Assembly: GCA_038207085.1 (NCBI GenBank)
Contig: JBBRAE010000022.1
Coordinates: 1-46,607, forward strand
From: Armatimonadota bacterium
GTDB taxonomy: Bacteria; Armatimonadota; UBA5829; DTLH01
Direction: 5' to 3'
Length of the DNA stretch: 46,607 nt
Part shown: in pieces, positions 26,609 through 36,048 of the stretch
Position numbering within the stretch: position 1 is the stretch's first letter
How the letters are laid out: every line of letters begins with the position of its first letter
Program-made: the position numbers and the translations under genes
Notes under the pieces: model-generated
Told to the model about the DNA's origin: nothing
Databases searched by the model: none
The model's input: only the letters and a program-made list of their open reading frames with translations

Positions 26609-28072
26609 TTGAACCAGGAACAGACCCAGAACACAGAATCTGCGCCAAAGAACGGCAAACGCAAGTTTATAATCTTGGCGGTCGTGTTTGCGATCGCGAT
26701 TGGCATATTCATCTACTGGATACTTGGACGCGGGTGGGTGGAGACCGACGACGCCCAGGTGGACGGCGATCTGGTCCCAATCAACGCCCGAGTAAGCGGC
26801 TACGTCAACAAAATCTATATCGATGACAACCAGGAGGTTCTTCGAGGCCAGTTGCTTGCTCAGTTCGACCAAAGAGATCTGCAAGCGAGGCTTCGAAGTG
26901 CCCAGGCGAATCTAGCCACCCAGAAGGCTCAGTCCGCCGCAGCATCCGCACAGCTTGCTCTGACCCAGGAGACGGCTCCTGCGGGGGCCGGAGCGGCGGG
27001 TGCTCAGGTGAGCGCCGCAGGCTCGGGCGTATCGGCGGCGCAGTCTCAGATAGCGAGCGCCGAAGCTCAGGTCGCAAGCGCTGTGGCAAACGCCGCAGCG
27101 GCACGAGATGCCGTCGGTTCTGCTCGAAGCGACGTAACAAGCGCTCAGGCACAGATCGACTCCGCACGAGCCGCCATTCAGGTAGCCCAAGCCAACGTCT
27201 CAGCAGCCGAAGCCCAAGCCGAACGCACGGCGAGCGACGCCGCCCGTTTCAGGCAGCTCGTGGCTCAGGGCGCAGCATCCACGCAGCAAAATGAGGTCGC
27301 TCAGGCCGCTAACAAAAGCGCTCAGGCAGCCCTAAGAGCAGCCCGCGAGCAGATAGCGTCCGCAAACGCGGCGGTCGCCCAGGCGAAGGCCAGGAAAGCT
27401 TCCGCCGAAGCCGCCGTCAAGCAGTCGATATCGCGCGCAAACGCCGCCGATGCCGCCGTTTCACAGGCGCGAACCGGTGTCACGTCCGCCCGCGCGGCTC
27501 TATCAAGCGCCCAGGCGCAGCTGCAGGGGGCCGAATCAACGGCATCCGGCGCGCGGACGGTTCCACAGCAGGTGGCGATAGGTTCTGCCCAGTCAAGGGC
27601 CGCCGTAGCACGGGTCAATCAGGCGATTGCCGATGTCCGTAACGCGAGGCTGCAACTTTTATACACGACCGTTGTCTCGCCGGTGACGGGCATAGTGAGC
27701 CAGAAATCGGTCGAGCCGGGCCAGTATGTGCAGCCGGGTCAGATGCTGATGGCTGTCGTGCCGCTTGACCGCGTATGGGTCACTGCAAACTTCAAAGAAA
27801 ACCAGATCGGCGGCATGCGAACCGGCCAAGTCGCCGAGATCAAGGTCGACGCCTACCCTGGGCGGGAGTTCCGTGGACGAGTGCAGAGCATCGGCGCGGC
27901 GACCGGGGCGACGTTCAGCCTGCTGCCGCCGCAGAACGCGACCGGAAACTATGTGAAAGTCGTGCAGCGTATTCCTGTGAAGATAGTGCTTGATGAGCGG
28001 CTCCCCAGGGGTGTAGTGCTTCGCCCTGGGATGAACGTCGTTGCGAGCGTCAAAGTAAGCGGAAAGGGCTGA
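26609..28072 (+). CDS. emrA: EmrA/HlyD-family membrane fusion protein
   Basis: Start reassigned to TTG 26609 (GAGGAG RBS); ETDDAQV, WVTANFKE, FSLLPPQNATGNYVKVVQRIPVKI, LRPGM. Confidence 0.9.
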   Translation: MNQEQTQNTESAPKNGKRKFIILAVVFAIAIGIFIYWILGRGWVETDDAQVDGDLVPINARVSGYVNKIYIDDNQEVLRGQLLAQFDQRDLQARLRSAQANLATQKAQSAAASAQLALTQETAPAGAGAAGAQVSAAGSGVSAAQSQIASAEAQVASAVANAAAARDAVGSARSDVTSAQAQIDSARAAIQVAQANVSAAEAQAERTASDAARFRQLVAQGAASTQQNEVAQAANKSAQAALRAAREQIASANAAVAQAKARKASAEAAVKQSISRANAADAAVSQARTGVTSARAALSSAQAQLQGAESTASGARTVPQQVAIGSAQSRAAVARVNQAIADVRNARLQLLYTTVVSPVTGIVSQKSVEPGQYVQPGQMLMAVVPLDRVWVTANFKENQIGGMRTGQVAEIKVDAYPGREFRGRVQSIGAATGATFSLLPPQNATGNYVKVVQRIPVKIVLDERLPRGVVLRPGMNVVASVKVSGKG

Positions 28073-28076
28073 TCAC

Positions 28077-29666
28077 TTGGACCAAGGATCGCCTGAGTAT
28101 GTTCAGCGCTACGGTTGGGCCCCAACCGTAGCGCCGGGAATAATCGCGCTTTCGGTTATGCTTGCGACGTTTATGGAGGTGCTCGACAGCACCGTCGTAA
28201 ACGTCTCCCTTCCGCACATCGCCGGGAACCTTTCCGCCGGCACCGAAGAGACGACTTGGGTGCTCACATCTTATCTCGTCTCAAACGCGGTCGTCCTGCC
28301 TGCCACGGGATGGTTGAGCAGCCTCTTTGGCCGGAAGCGGTTCTACATGTCATGTGTGGCGGGCTTCACGCTTGCATCGCTTCTCTGCGGGTTTGCGCCG
28401 ACGCTGATGTGGCTGGTCTTCTTCCGGGTGCTTCAGGGGCTTATGGGCGGCGCGCTTCAGCCGATCTCCCAGGCGATCCTACTCGAGAGCTTTCCCGCGA
28501 GTCGCCGTGGCTTTGGCATGGCGCTTTTCGGCATCGGGGTAGTCTTTGCGCCGATCATTGGCCCGACTCTTGGCGGCTGGATTACAGACAGTTACAGCTG
28601 GCGGTGGGTGTTTTTGATCAATATCCCCGTCGGCATCATAGCGCTTATTCTGACTGAGATGAACGTTGTCGACCCGCCGTACCTGATTCGCAGGGTGGGG
28701 AACATCGACTACTGGGGCCTTGGGCTCCTTGCAGTTGGAATAGGTGCGCTTCAGATCGTGCTCGACAAGGGGCAGAGTGAGGACTGGTTCCAGACCGGAT
28801 GGATTACCCAGCTTGCGGTGATTTCGGTCGCCTGCCTGGTTGCGCTCGTCATCTGGCAGCTTCGCAACCCGCACCCGGTCATCGACCTGTCCGTCTTCAA
28901 GTTCAGAAACTACGCGCCAGCGACCATTCTGATTTTTGCGCTAGGCATTGCGCTCTACGGAAGCCTGGTGCTGCTGCCGATCTTCCTGCAGAACCTGCTC
29001 GGCTACACTGCGCTTCAGAGTGGTTTTGCGATGAGTCCCGGCGGCATCGGCACGCTTATCTCCATGCCCATAGTCGGTTTTCTGGTGGGCCGACGCGACG
29101 CGCGTTATCTCATCATATTCGGCATTGTGATGCTGTCTGCGTCGTTGTTTATGATGTCCCACTACAACATCCAGATCAGCTTCTGGAACGCGGTTGTGCC
29201 ACGCATTGTTATGGGGATCGGCCTTGCGTTTCTGTTTGTGCCCTTGTCGACGGTCGCTTTCTCCTACATGTCGCTTGAGAAGATGGGCGCCGCCACGGGA
29301 ACGTTTAACCTGCTAAGAAACATCGGTGGAAGCGTTGGTATCGCCTTTGTGACGACGATGCTCTCCCGCCGCAGCCAGATCCACCAGGCACGTCTGACCG
29401 AGCACACGACGATGTACAACCCCATCTTCAACGAGGCGATACAGAAGATCACCGCGAAGTTAGTCGCGCTCGGTCAGCCCGTGCTTCTAGCTCAAAAGCA
29501 GGCGATAGGCATCATCTACTCGCAGGTTGTGAAGCAGTCCATGATGCTTGCATTCGTCGAAACCTTTTGGATGCTTGCAGTCATAATGCTCGCGATGATC
29601 CCCGTAGTCTTCATCATGCGACGTCCACCAAGGCACCGCGGCCCCGGCCCCGGCGGCATGCACTGA
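28077..29666 (+). CDS. emrB: DHA2 (EmrB/QacA) MFS efflux permease
   Basis: MEVLDSTVVNVSLP, WVLTSYL, GPTLGGWIT, WRWVFLINIP. Confidence 0.92.
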   Translation: MDQGSPEYVQRYGWAPTVAPGIIALSVMLATFMEVLDSTVVNVSLPHIAGNLSAGTEETTWVLTSYLVSNAVVLPATGWLSSLFGRKRFYMSCVAGFTLASLLCGFAPTLMWLVFFRVLQGLMGGALQPISQAILLESFPASRRGFGMALFGIGVVFAPIIGPTLGGWITDSYSWRWVFLINIPVGIIALILTEMNVVDPPYLIRRVGNIDYWGLGLLAVGIGALQIVLDKGQSEDWFQTGWITQLAVISVACLVALVIWQLRNPHPVIDLSVFKFRNYAPATILIFALGIALYGSLVLLPIFLQNLLGYTALQSGFAMSPGGIGTLISMPIVGFLVGRRDARYLIIFGIVMLSASLFMMSHYNIQISFWNAVVPRIVMGIGLAFLFVPLSTVAFSYMSLEKMGAATGTFNLLRNIGGSVGIAFVTTMLSRRSQIHQARLTEHTTMYNPIFNEAIQKITAKLVALGQPVLLAQKQAIGIIYSQVVKQSMMLAFVETFWMLAVIMLAMIPVVFIMRRPPRHRGPGPGGMH

Positions 29667-29673
29667 CTAGTCG

Positions 29674-30087
29674 CTAGCCGCTGTTCCCAACAATTTGCAT
29701 CGACTCAGGTGTAAACTGATGAAACTCGATCGGGTTGCCGTCGGGGTCGTTTGTCCAGAACTGCCAGGCATTGTCCATCGCGAACTTGGGCTCGCCGTGG
29801 GGCACTCCTCCGCGAGACTTGAACTCCTTGTAAGCCTCTTGGATGTCGTCGACCTGCAGGCAGATGTGGACCGTCGCGGCGGTCTTGGGTCGCTCGTGCG
29901 GGCCCTCGGCTCCGGGGAAGAGCTCGATGAACTGGTTTGGCGCGACTTCAAGATAGACCAAGTGCGCCTGGCCCGCCTCATTGTTGATCCTGAACTTCTC
30001 AGCTATCCCGAGCTTGTTGCAGTAGAATTCGAGCGCTTTGTCGATATCCGTCACGAGAACCGCGACGTGGGTGAGTCCCGTTATCAT
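29674..30087 (-). CDS. VOC/glyoxalase-family protein
   Basis: Start reassigned to MITGLTHVA (GGAGG RBS); FIELF, HICL, DPDGNPIEFHQ. Confidence 0.88.
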   Translation of the reverse strand: MITGLTHVAVLVTDIDKALEFYCNKLGIAEKFRINNEAGQAHLVYLEVAPNQFIELFPGAEGPHERPKTAATVHICLQVDDIQEAYKEFKSRGGVPHGEPKFAMDNAWQFWTNDPDGNPIEFHQFTPESMQIVGNSG

Positions 30088-30433
30088 TTCCGTTCCTCCG
30101 GTTAGGTTTGTTATTTGATTCTTCTCCCGCCTGCCTGAATATCCCTCCATTCAAGGCTAACGCATTTTGACGTGCAACCAGCGTAGTGGCCTGTCTCCGC
30201 CCAGGCCATCGGTGTGGAACGCGCCGGGTAAACGATGGAATTTCGCAGAATTGACCATTTGCAGGAGATTGTGCGGTTCGCGCAGCACCTTCGGTGCTGA
30301 TGTCCGGCGCGGCGACCGGACACTACGGGCGTTTTGGCTTGCCCGACAGCTAAGATGCGTTCACCCTGTCCCTCCATTGACATTCCCCGCGCCGGGCCTT
30401 ACCATAATGCAGAGCCAACAAGGGGGACAGACG

Positions 30434-32095
30434 ATGATCTGCAAATACTGCAACAACGAGATACCCGATAGCGAACTCACCTGCCCGCACTGCGGTGAAA
30501 CCGTCCGAGCAACCGACGAACCCGGACCTGCCAGGCGAAGAAGCCGCGCGCGAGCCTTTGTAATCGTCCTTCTGTTGATCGCCGCCTGCGCAGGAGCAGT
30601 TTTCGTCAAGTATAGGCCGCTTCCCATGCTCACACTGGTGCCACAGAGCGCTGCAGGCGCTGCCGCAGTCGACACCCAGTGGCTGTGGAGCGCACTTGCC
30701 GACGTCCGGGCAGTGCCGCGTGCTGCTCAGGCAATCGCTCAGTTCGAACACGAGACAGGCCTATCCCTTGAGCGTGACATAATCTCCTGGTCGGGTGATA
30801 TAGGCGTTTCGATGCTCGGTATGGACGGCGACCTGCCGAGGTTTGCTCTCTTCACCCAGGTCCGCGACTGGCCCAAGTTCATCAGGGTCGCCCGAAAGCT
30901 TCGCCCCAGGGTTGGAGAATCGATGAACCTGCAGTGGACACAGTTCAACTACAGCGGCGTGCGGGTCTACAAAGCAAGCTCACTGGGGGACAGCGGAGTC
31001 TTCACCGTCTGTTACCTGCGAGGGTGGGTGGTCTGTGGGATCGGCGCGGGATCGGTTGAGAAGGTCATCGACACCTGCCAGGGCCGCGTCCCATCACTTG
31101 CAGCAAGCGAGGAGTGGAAGCGCGCATTTGCAAATCTTCCGGACAACCCGCCCGCCTGGGCCGGTGTTGATCTTGGAAGTGCAGCAAAACTCGTCGCTAG
31201 CCGTCTTCCCGCCGGGAGGATGCTCCCAACAGCCAGCATGCCGAAAATGGTCTGCGTATCAGCCCTCACAGAGCGGCAAAACGAGCTTCGACTGGACTCG
31301 ATCTCCGTCGCCGGGAGCGACCTCGTCCGCTCGTCACTGAAGAATACCGCGCAGTACAGTGACCCCATCGACGAGAAAACGCTCGCACGCCTCCCCGACG
31401 GTGCTTTTGCGGTCGTTTTGGGGAACAACCCCGCGCTGCAATGGACTCAAGCCAAGGCGCAGGGCGTGTCTGGCGGTCTTGGTGGCAATTCGTCAGAGAT
31501 CGCCTCCAAGCTTCGCGATCTAAAGCCGCTCGACGACGTTTTCTCAAGCTTCTCAGGCCCGTTCGCAGCAACTCTCGCATGGCAGAATGGAAAAGGGTTC
31601 GGCGCGGTCGGTATGAGCGAACTTTCCGCCGAGTCGCGCGCGAGGTGGGCCGAAAAGCGTCTAGCCTCGTTTGCGACTGGCCCCATGCTCGGCGGCGTGT
31701 GCGTAAGGCGAAACGGCGCGTACAACCTCACCATACCCGGCCCGTTCGGCTCCAGTGTTCCCAAGGTATGCTGGAAGACCGATGGCAAATGGCTATTACT
31801 AGCCTCCGATCCCAAATTCCTCCTGTGGCGCTCAGGCGATGCGCTCCGTATACCAAATGAGCTCATAGGGGCAAGCTCCGGCGCGTTTGGCAACCTGAAG
31901 TTTCTTCCCGAGGCCCTCCGTGGGTTCGGCCTGAACTCCAGCGACGACGCCTTCGCGCGAATAACCCGCATGGGCCTGCCAAACGCCGAGTGGCTTGCGT
32001 GGTCAAGCATCGAGCCAGGCGGAGAATACGCTCAGGGAACGTTCATCCTTCGTTTGAACTGGCGAAACGCGCTCAAAGTCGCCCTTCGGGACTAG
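30434..32095 (+). CDS. Zn-ribbon + TM + DUF3352-like extracytoplasmic protein
   Basis: Start reassigned to MICKYC..CPHCG; one TM; 'ERDIISWSGDI' resembles DUF3352. TTGACA-N17-TACCAT at 30377-30405. Confidence 0.6.
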   Translation: MICKYCNNEIPDSELTCPHCGETVRATDEPGPARRRSRARAFVIVLLLIAACAGAVFVKYRPLPMLTLVPQSAAGAAAVDTQWLWSALADVRAVPRAAQAIAQFEHETGLSLERDIISWSGDIGVSMLGMDGDLPRFALFTQVRDWPKFIRVARKLRPRVGESMNLQWTQFNYSGVRVYKASSLGDSGVFTVCYLRGWVVCGIGAGSVEKVIDTCQGRVPSLAASEEWKRAFANLPDNPPAWAGVDLGSAAKLVASRLPAGRMLPTASMPKMVCVSALTERQNELRLDSISVAGSDLVRSSLKNTAQYSDPIDEKTLARLPDGAFAVVLGNNPALQWTQAKAQGVSGGLGGNSSEIASKLRDLKPLDDVFSSFSGPFAATLAWQNGKGFGAVGMSELSAESRARWAEKRLASFATGPMLGGVCVRRNGAYNLTIPGPFGSSVPKVCWKTDGKWLLLASDPKFLLWRSGDALRIPNELIGASSGAFGNLKFLPEALRGFGLNSSDDAFARITRMGLPNAEWLAWSSIEPGGEYAQGTFILRLNWRNALKVALRD

Positions 32096-32170
32096 CGAAC
32101 GCATAGCGATGTTACTCTTTGCGACCCAAAAGGGAACGATTGCGCAATGAGAAACATCTAAAGATACACT

Positions 32171-33001
32171 ATGCGACGATTTGCCAAAGTTCCGCCGTGG
32201 CTTGCGGCCTCGTTCGCGCTCGGCTTTATATCATTGTCCGGCGTTCACGCCGAAGTCTATCAGCCGGTCCTTCATCTAAGAAAGACCACGACGCCGCCTG
32301 CGTTCGTCACCAAACTGCAGTACCAGGCGACGGCCTCACGCCCGATCGCAACCACATCGAAGTCCTCGCGACCTACGATGACACCGCGCTCTACATCGCC
32401 TTTCTCGATGGGAGTCTTTTATCCCAATTGCCCAAGAGCCGACGGAGTGCTATCTCCGACCGGGAACAACTGTATAGGCTTGCATAATAATAACGATATA
32501 AGCTCTACAATCTTGCTCACGAATCGCACCGTAACGGGCGTGTATAGTGGGTGTTTCTACATCCAGTGCCCGGAGCATGGGCACGTCGCTTGCGGCATCA
32601 GGGTGAAGAGTGGCGAGACTCCGGCAGTCGGATCCAAGGCGACCGTCACAGGCGCTCTCATACAATACCTGAGCGGTGAGCTTGCGATCAGCCTGACCTC
32701 AGCGTCGTTTGCCCCCGGCGGGACAATGCCCGCGACCGCAGGGCTATCAAGTTCGCAGATCGGCTCAGGAATAGACCTTGTTGGGGCGCTTCTGATGTGT
32801 TGGGGTAAGGTCAGCGGGCTCTCTCAGGGAACCGCGATGACCATCGACGACGGCGGCACCCCCATTCACGTTGCAGGCCCAACGGGAGCAGCGACGGCAG
32901 GGGCATACGTTCGTGTCAGCGGGGTGCTCTCAACCGAAAGCACAGGGGCACGCGTCCTTCGCACACGCACAGCAAACGACGTGCGGGTTATGTCGCCCTG
33001 A
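32171..33001 (+). pseudogene. Secreted protein remnant: signal peptide, out-of-frame CBM9-like fragment, C-terminal OB-fold-like tandem domain
   Basis: The ORF is open, but 32326-32409 reads far better in another frame (GDGLTPDRNHIEVLATYDDTALYIAFLD, mostly C/G-ending codons). C-terminal part has 'FYIQ..GIRV', 'WGKV', 'IDDG', 'VSGV'. Confidence 0.55.
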
Positions 33002-33002
33002 T

Positions 33003-33983
33003 CTACTTGGTGACTTTGCTGCCCCACCAGATGGCATTGGGCGAGGGTGACTTGCCGGGGGATGGGCGATAGAAGTCGCAGACAAGAGCAAATTGGGGAC
33101 GATCTACGCCGAGCGAGTCCTTGACCTGCAATATTACCCGCGCTGTTACACGCTTGACGCCTGCCACCGAGTCAAAGGCCACACGTGCGACAATCTCCGC
33201 ATCTGCCATTATTGTGGACTTGGTCGGCTCGGTGTTGATATCCGGGTCCCAAAGGGTGACGACAACCGAACCATTGCGAGGGTCGAGCCGGGCGTCCTCC
33301 ACGACGATCTTCTCAGCTGATATATTGGGATGGGTGGCGAGGCTGAACACCAAGTCCTGTTCCCTGACGGGGCGTACGCTGGCGTTTGTGGAGACCGAAG
33401 TTGAAGGTCCGATCTTCTGAGTGTTGTCGTCACTGGTCTCACTCGGGGCAGGGATTTCCGCGACTCCGGGGTTAGAAACCCACGACCCAAACCCCATAGC
33501 AAGAAGAATCGTCATAAGCACGACGCACGCGAGGACAAACACTTTTAGCTTCTGGTCGCCGACCCCAGAGAGTTCCGGCTGGGCGCAACTGCCGGTGATC
33601 TCCGGCGAGGCGTCGGCAACGTCAGGACTGAACCTGCCCTGCAGATCTCTGAGCTTGTTCAGGTCGATAGCGCAGTCGGGCCGAAGCTCGATCGCGGTCT
33701 CGTACCACTTCGCAGCCTCACGCAGATTCCCCTGGGCCGAGTAGATGTCGCCGAGCAGTGAATGGACTTCGGGGTTGTCCGGGTCGATGTCGATCGCGTC
33801 GGCGCACCTGTCTACCGCAGCCTTGAAGTCCCGCTGAATGCGCAGCAGGTTAGCTTCGGCGAGGAGTTGGCGGACGCGTGCGTGCCTTTCAGAGGACTCG
33901 TGCCTAAGCACCATATCGCCGCATGTTGGGCACGCGGTGAGCTGTTCCTCCAACTGACAGTTGCACGACTTACACGATTTCAT
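33003..33983 (-). CDS. Zn-ribbon + TPR + TM protein
   Basis: CKSC/CPTCG, TPR helices ([10 protein letters not shown]), one TM. Confidence 0.75.
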   Translation of the reverse strand: MKSCKSCNCQLEEQLTACPTCGDMVLRHESSERHARVRQLLAEANLLRIQRDFKAAVDRCADAIDIDPDNPEVHSLLGDIYSAQGNLREAAKWYETAIELRPDCAIDLNKLRDLQGRFSPDVADASPEITGSCAQPELSGVGDQKLKVFVLACVVLMTILLAMGFGSWVSNPGVAEIPAPSETSDDNTQKIGPSTSVSTNASVRPVREQDLVFSLATHPNISAEKIVVEDARLDPRNGSVVVTLWDPDINTEPTKSTIMADAEIVARVAFDSVAGVKRVTARVILQVKDSLGVDRPQFALVCDFYRPSPGKSPSPNAIWWGSKVTK

Positions 33984-34429
33984 ACACCAGTATGTCCAAA
34001 CCCTCCGTCACCGCGTTCGGTTTCGGGGAGTTTCTCCCGTTCGATCAGCTTTGCCTGAACCACTGGGCAGATGACCATCTGGGCGATTCTGTCACCCCTT
34101 GAGATGACGATCGGGTCGCGCCCGTGGTTGATAACTATCACCTTGACCGGCCCGCGGTAGTCCGAGTCGATGGTTCCCGGAGTGTTCACCATCGACAGCC
34201 CGTATTTCACTGCAAGCCCGCTTCTCGGGCGTATCTGCGCCTCGAACCCCGGCGGAACGGCGATCCTGATGCCGGTTGGGATAAGCGTCCTGTTCCCTGG
34301 GCCGAGTGTCACATCCTCCTCGACCGCCGCCATCAAGTCCATACCCGCCGCGCCCGCCGTAGCATACTCGGGCAACGGAAGGTCTTTCGCGTCCGGGAGC
34401 CGTTCGATCAAGAGTTCGACATCCTGCAT
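33980..34429 (-). CDS. dut: dUTP diphosphatase
   Basis: [35 protein letters not shown]. Confidence 0.97.
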   Translation of the reverse strand: MQDVELLIERLPDAKDLPLPEYATAGAAGMDLMAAVEEDVTLGPGNRTLIPTGIRIAVPPGFEAQIRPRSGLAVKYGLSMVNTPGTIDSDYRGPVKVIVINHGRDPIVISRGDRIAQMVICPVVQAKLIEREKLPETERGDGGFGHTGV

Positions 34430-34432
34430 TGG

Positions 34433-35632
34433 TTAAAGCTCCTCTTGGGCTCTGATGTTCTGCGCGGCCTCTTCAGCCTCTGGCGAGCCCGGCGCAGCCG
34501 AAATCAGCCGACGCCAAAGCTTCGCGGCCCGCTCATGCTCGTCGTTCTCATTCAACATATACCCGAGATAGAGCATCGCCGTCGTATCGTTGGGGTTAAG
34601 CTCAAGGGTGCGCTCATACTCCCGCCGCGCGTCTTCGTCCTGATCGAGCTCATCGTAGGCTACGGCGAGGTTACAGTGGAACGAAGCGTTGTTCGGTTCA
34701 AGTATAACCGCCTGCCTGAACGCTTCGATGGCCTCTTCGAAGCTCTCTTTATCGAATAGCTCCGCGCCTCGGGCGTTCTGCTTGGCCCCGGGGCTTTTGC
34801 TTGATTCGTCTGTTCGGACTTCGCTTGTGGAAAGTGTCGCCGTGGCCGCTTGTGCCTGCGCGACCGCCGTCCTGATCCCTCGGGCCGTGACGCCTTCCAT
34901 ACTGCCGATCTCCCGACCGCAGTAGCGGCATCTGGGCCAGCCTTCGATGATCGCCGCCCCGCAGGACACGCACTTGTCTGAGACAGCCGTCCCGCACTGC
35001 GGACAATACGACATCACCGTCTCATTGATCCGTCCCCCGCAGTTTCGGCACTTGGTGTTAGCCGCTTTGTGCTCCGTTCCGCAGTAATAGCAGAACTTGG
35101 CGTCCGGTGATATCCCGCTTCCGCACATCCGGCAGACATCGCGCACCTGCTCGCCGCATGAATTACAGAAGGAGGCCTTCTCATCCACCGCAGCGCCGCA
35201 GGATGGGCAGCTGTTGCCTTTGATCGGCGCGAGCGACGACTTTTCGGCTGCGGTCTGCGTGCCAGCGCCTGAGGCTATCATCCCCTTGATCGTCGAAGCT
35301 GCCGCAGCAAATGTTCCGCTCATTTCTGAGGGGAAATACACGGTGCGCTGGTCTTCGGGCATCCAGTTTCCGGTGGTGATCTTGAGCGCTCCGCCGGTCG
35401 CCATCTGCTCGATTGTAACGTCCTTCACGGCAGATATCGGTTGGACGAAGAGATCGACCCCGTCAAGCACCGGCTTTTCTCTGACTACAAAGACTCTGCG
35501 GTTTGTAGCGGCGAACGCCTCACCCATCGCGCCTGGAACACGGACGATGACCTGTTCGCCCGTCATAAGCGACTTTTGTAGAGTCGCGTCAAGAACCCCT
35601 GAAATATCCTGAACAATGTTTGTATTGATCAT
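34433..35632 (-). CDS. PH-like + multiple double Zn-ribbon + TPR protein
   Basis: N-terminal 'ATNRRVFV' (bacterial PH-like), eight CxxC pairs, C-terminal TPRs. Confidence 0.75.
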   Translation of the reverse strand: MINTNIVQDISGVLDATLQKSLMTGEQVIVRVPGAMGEAFAATNRRVFVVREKPVLDGVDLFVQPISAVKDVTIEQMATGGALKITTGNWMPEDQRTVYFPSEMSGTFAAAASTIKGMIASGAGTQTAAEKSSLAPIKGNSCPSCGAAVDEKASFCNSCGEQVRDVCRMCGSGISPDAKFCYYCGTEHKAANTKCRNCGGRINETVMSYCPQCGTAVSDKCVSCGAAIIEGWPRCRYCGREIGSMEGVTARGIRTAVAQAQAATATLSTSEVRTDESSKSPGAKQNARGAELFDKESFEEAIEAFRQAVILEPNNASFHCNLAVAYDELDQDEDARREYERTLELNPNDTTAMLYLGYMLNENDEHERAAKLWRRLISAAPGSPEAEEAAQNIRAQEEL

Positions 35633-35795
35633 CTCATTCTCCTACGGCCACAATCGGCCCTGCTTAACGAGTGAGTTCGCTTTTCTAAGCCCAATTTCCT
35701 GCAACCTTCCGTTGTTTCGGGGACCTCGTCCCCGAAACCGACCTATCGGCAAGAGGTAAAACCCGTGATCGTTATATACTGCGGGAACTCTGTTC

Positions 35796-35963
35796 TCTAA
35801 GAGCGTGTCTGAGAAATCCCGATTGTAGTGGCCGGTCGCCGTGCCGGCCATCAGCGCCGTAGGCGCTGCCCTACGGCGCAATCTCTCCACCGTTTTCCGG
35901 CTCCTTCGGAGCCGATGGCCGCCACGGCGGACGGCCACTACACTTTTCAGACACGCTCTTAGA
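35796..35963. mobile_element. MITE-like element with 17-bp terminal IRs enclosing a GTAG-type REP doublet
   Basis: TCTAAGAGCGTGTCTGA / TCAGACACGCTCTTAGA; inner TGTAGTGGCCG...CGGCCACTACA. Confidence 0.7.
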
Positions 35964-36048
35964 ACTGAAAAGTGGAACGAAATGAATCGTTCCCGCTTCA
36001 TTGCGTGCGCGATAAATATCGCGTACAATCCCGTCCCATAGCTGACAG

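Noticed and set aside
26368..26712. N-terminal extensions in the ORF track (also 26513, 30150, 30167, 40765, 43420, 43586)
   Set aside because: They overlap divergent genes or promoters; downstream starts have a clear RBS plus a signal peptide or domain start.
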